A stretch of DNA of 64,000 nucleotides from an uncultured Candidatus Saccharibacteria bacterium (GTDB lineage: Bacteria; Patescibacteriota; Saccharimonadia; Saccharimonadales; Saccharimonadaceae): positions 6,316-70,315 of the forward strand of contig CAYNWV010000002.1 in the NCBI GenBank assembly GCA_964401035.1, written 5' to 3'. Below, piece by piece: positions 63,801 through 64,000 of the stretch. The position numbers and the translations under genes were made by a program. The first letter of the stretch is position 1, and each line of letters begins with the position of its first letter. The notes under the pieces were generated by a model that worked only from the letters and a program-made list of their open reading frames with translations, did no database searches and was not told the origin of the DNA.

Positions 63801-64000
63801 TGCACAAATATCGCCAGCAGCTGATGTTTTACCAGCTACTGATCGAGCATTCACGCGATTTTGCCAAATACACCTTTGATGGTGCAGTCCTACAGTTTGT
63901 CGAGCCCGACCGCCAGGGCAAGCTCCACCGGCTTGAGACATCATTTTCGACCGATGAACTAGTGTATTTTCAGCAGCTCATTGTGGCTGTCTGGCGCCGA
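60827..64000 (+). CDS. UvrD/PcrA-like superfamily 1 helicase with C-terminal PD-(D/E)XK nuclease domain (AddA-like), 3' end outside window
   Basis: Not in the ORF track because no stop lies within the window. Motifs AGPGTGKT, VDEFQD, GDDDQAIYSFQGA, TDNYRS, MTAHKSKGLEF, VAMTRAK. C-terminal GSLDLVT...IRVVDYKTG...YRQQLMFY. cGcTACAAT lies 10 nt upstream of the ATG. Confidence 0.85.
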   Translation, partial: MNYRERYKQLNTRQKQAVDTIDGPLLVIAGPGTGKTELLSMRTATILDRTDTLPENILLLTFTDSGANAMRERLASIIGPDAYRVAIHTFHSFGSEIINQHREYFYNGASLQPADEITSREILTKIFDELDYANVLAAKHNGKYAHLEDALRTISELKNSGLTSDELVTILDANQAVLDAVEADLSEVFQAKISTTMLASLVPLAERVAALAQPSLPPGITPLSNILALSMAHAFDEAVQTGKTNAITVWRNQWMEKNHDGIQVFKDRKRITKLRAISYIYYLYLTRMTEASLYDYDDMILNVVHALETHDDLRYNLQERYQYILVDEFQDTNLAQLRILFDLTNNPAHEGRPNIMAVGDDDQAIYSFQGADINNIHRFRDQYPAHEIVVLTDNYRSGQAVLSQARSVILQGQGRLEETIDFVDKTLTPHSGEASVALWQFDTPLDERAWIARDIQEQLQRGVAPESITVLARRHQELIALVPYLERLGIAINYERRDNVLENEAVRLLFLMSAILTALWGDDNSVADSLLPELLSQPIYNFSAEAIWRLSLGAHRNNQRLFEAMLLTPEFTPLATWLLELRKLADSAYLEQMLDTLIGAPDTPVIASFRSPLYDYYFSPERLAGEPSRYLEYLEAIRTIRAKLRDYSASEILYIQDFLDFVRLYEELGSSITTLRRHSDKLGGSVNLMTAHKSKGLEFDHVYIMNAVDSVWGERVRTRSRLIGYPENLQIAPAGDSYDERLRLFFVAMTRAKKQLSISYSTSDEVGKSTLLASFLADDTLSVQIPATPSIEHETQVLTTDWRSLHTAPPTASMRELLAPTLETYKLSATHLGTFIDVTRGGPANFLMRNLLRFPQAKSPEASYGTAVHATLQRAHNTFTANGIRRPVEDILHDFEHELERQHLQPDDEKQFTKRGIDALTKFLEVEYGNFSRTQKTELGFGEQGVVLDGAKLTGSLDLVTINDKSIRVVDYKTGAPSREWRGSTEYEKIKLHKYRQQLMFYQLLIEHSRDFAKYTFDGAVLQFVEPDRQGKLHRLETSFSTDELVYFQQLIVAVWRR

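Noticed and set aside
1-64000. Search for CRISPR arrays, rRNA genes, IS elements, integrases and prophage or conjugative genes.
   Set aside because: No regularly spaced direct repeats, no rRNA-like conserved blocks and no transposase, integrase or phage-structural motifs were seen in any long ORF. The only repeats found are the two tRNA 5'-half duplications, the coding repeats in the LPXTG gene and the short octamer repeat in the rlmD-like gene.

Overview
This 64-kb chromosomal segment looks like it comes from a small-genome, Gram-positive-like bacterium. The gene content includes GH15/GH57/glycogen-synthase genes, a pgl-gnd-zwf operon, phosphoketolase plus acetate kinase, trehalose-6-P synthase/phosphatase, several type IV pilin-like genes, an LPXTG surface protein and many leaderless-looking genes. 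That mix is what I would expect of a Saccharibacteria/CPR-type organism, but the assignment is inference only. I support about 60 protein genes and 3 tRNAs (Trp-CCA, Pro-CGG, Gln-UUG). I found no rRNA, CRISPR array, transposase, integrase or prophage genes. Housekeeping content: secE-nusG-rplK-rplA-rplJ-rplL in canonical order but broken into separate units; thyA/folA/dcd/tmk; dnaX, dnaB, ybaB, recR, cysS; transporters (ABC, P-type ATPase, SulP, MFS, NRAMP, AI-2E); and a UvrD-like helicase-nuclease running off the 3' end. Accessory content: a type II R-M pair beside tRNA-Trp. The most unusual signals are listed below. (1) Four GC-rich, GC3-rich islets lie in intergenic gaps of the ribosomal-protein/replication region (about 17.7-18.9 kb, 25.7-26.3 kb, 27.7-28.0 kb, 34.05-34.9 kb). 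Three of them carry near-consensus sigma70-type promoters; all four have heavily structured RNA, and all but the 25.7-kb one carry small, mostly membrane-protein genes. Two of them share the same convergent two-unit architecture. (2) Both minus-strand tRNA genes are preceded by a duplicated copy of their own 5' half. (3) GC-rich in-frame insertions occur in cysS and an rlmD-like gene. (4) A 23S-rRNA L1-stalk mimic lies in the rplA leader, and L1 has a 108-aa N-terminal extension. (5) A RelA/SpoT homologue has substituted catalytic motifs. (6) A SulP-STAS transporter is fused to a minimal nucleotidyltransferase domain. (7) An extended -10 box lies 6-9 nt upstream of the ATG at many genes, implying leaderless mRNAs. 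All family assignments rest on motif recognition by eye; no searches were run.
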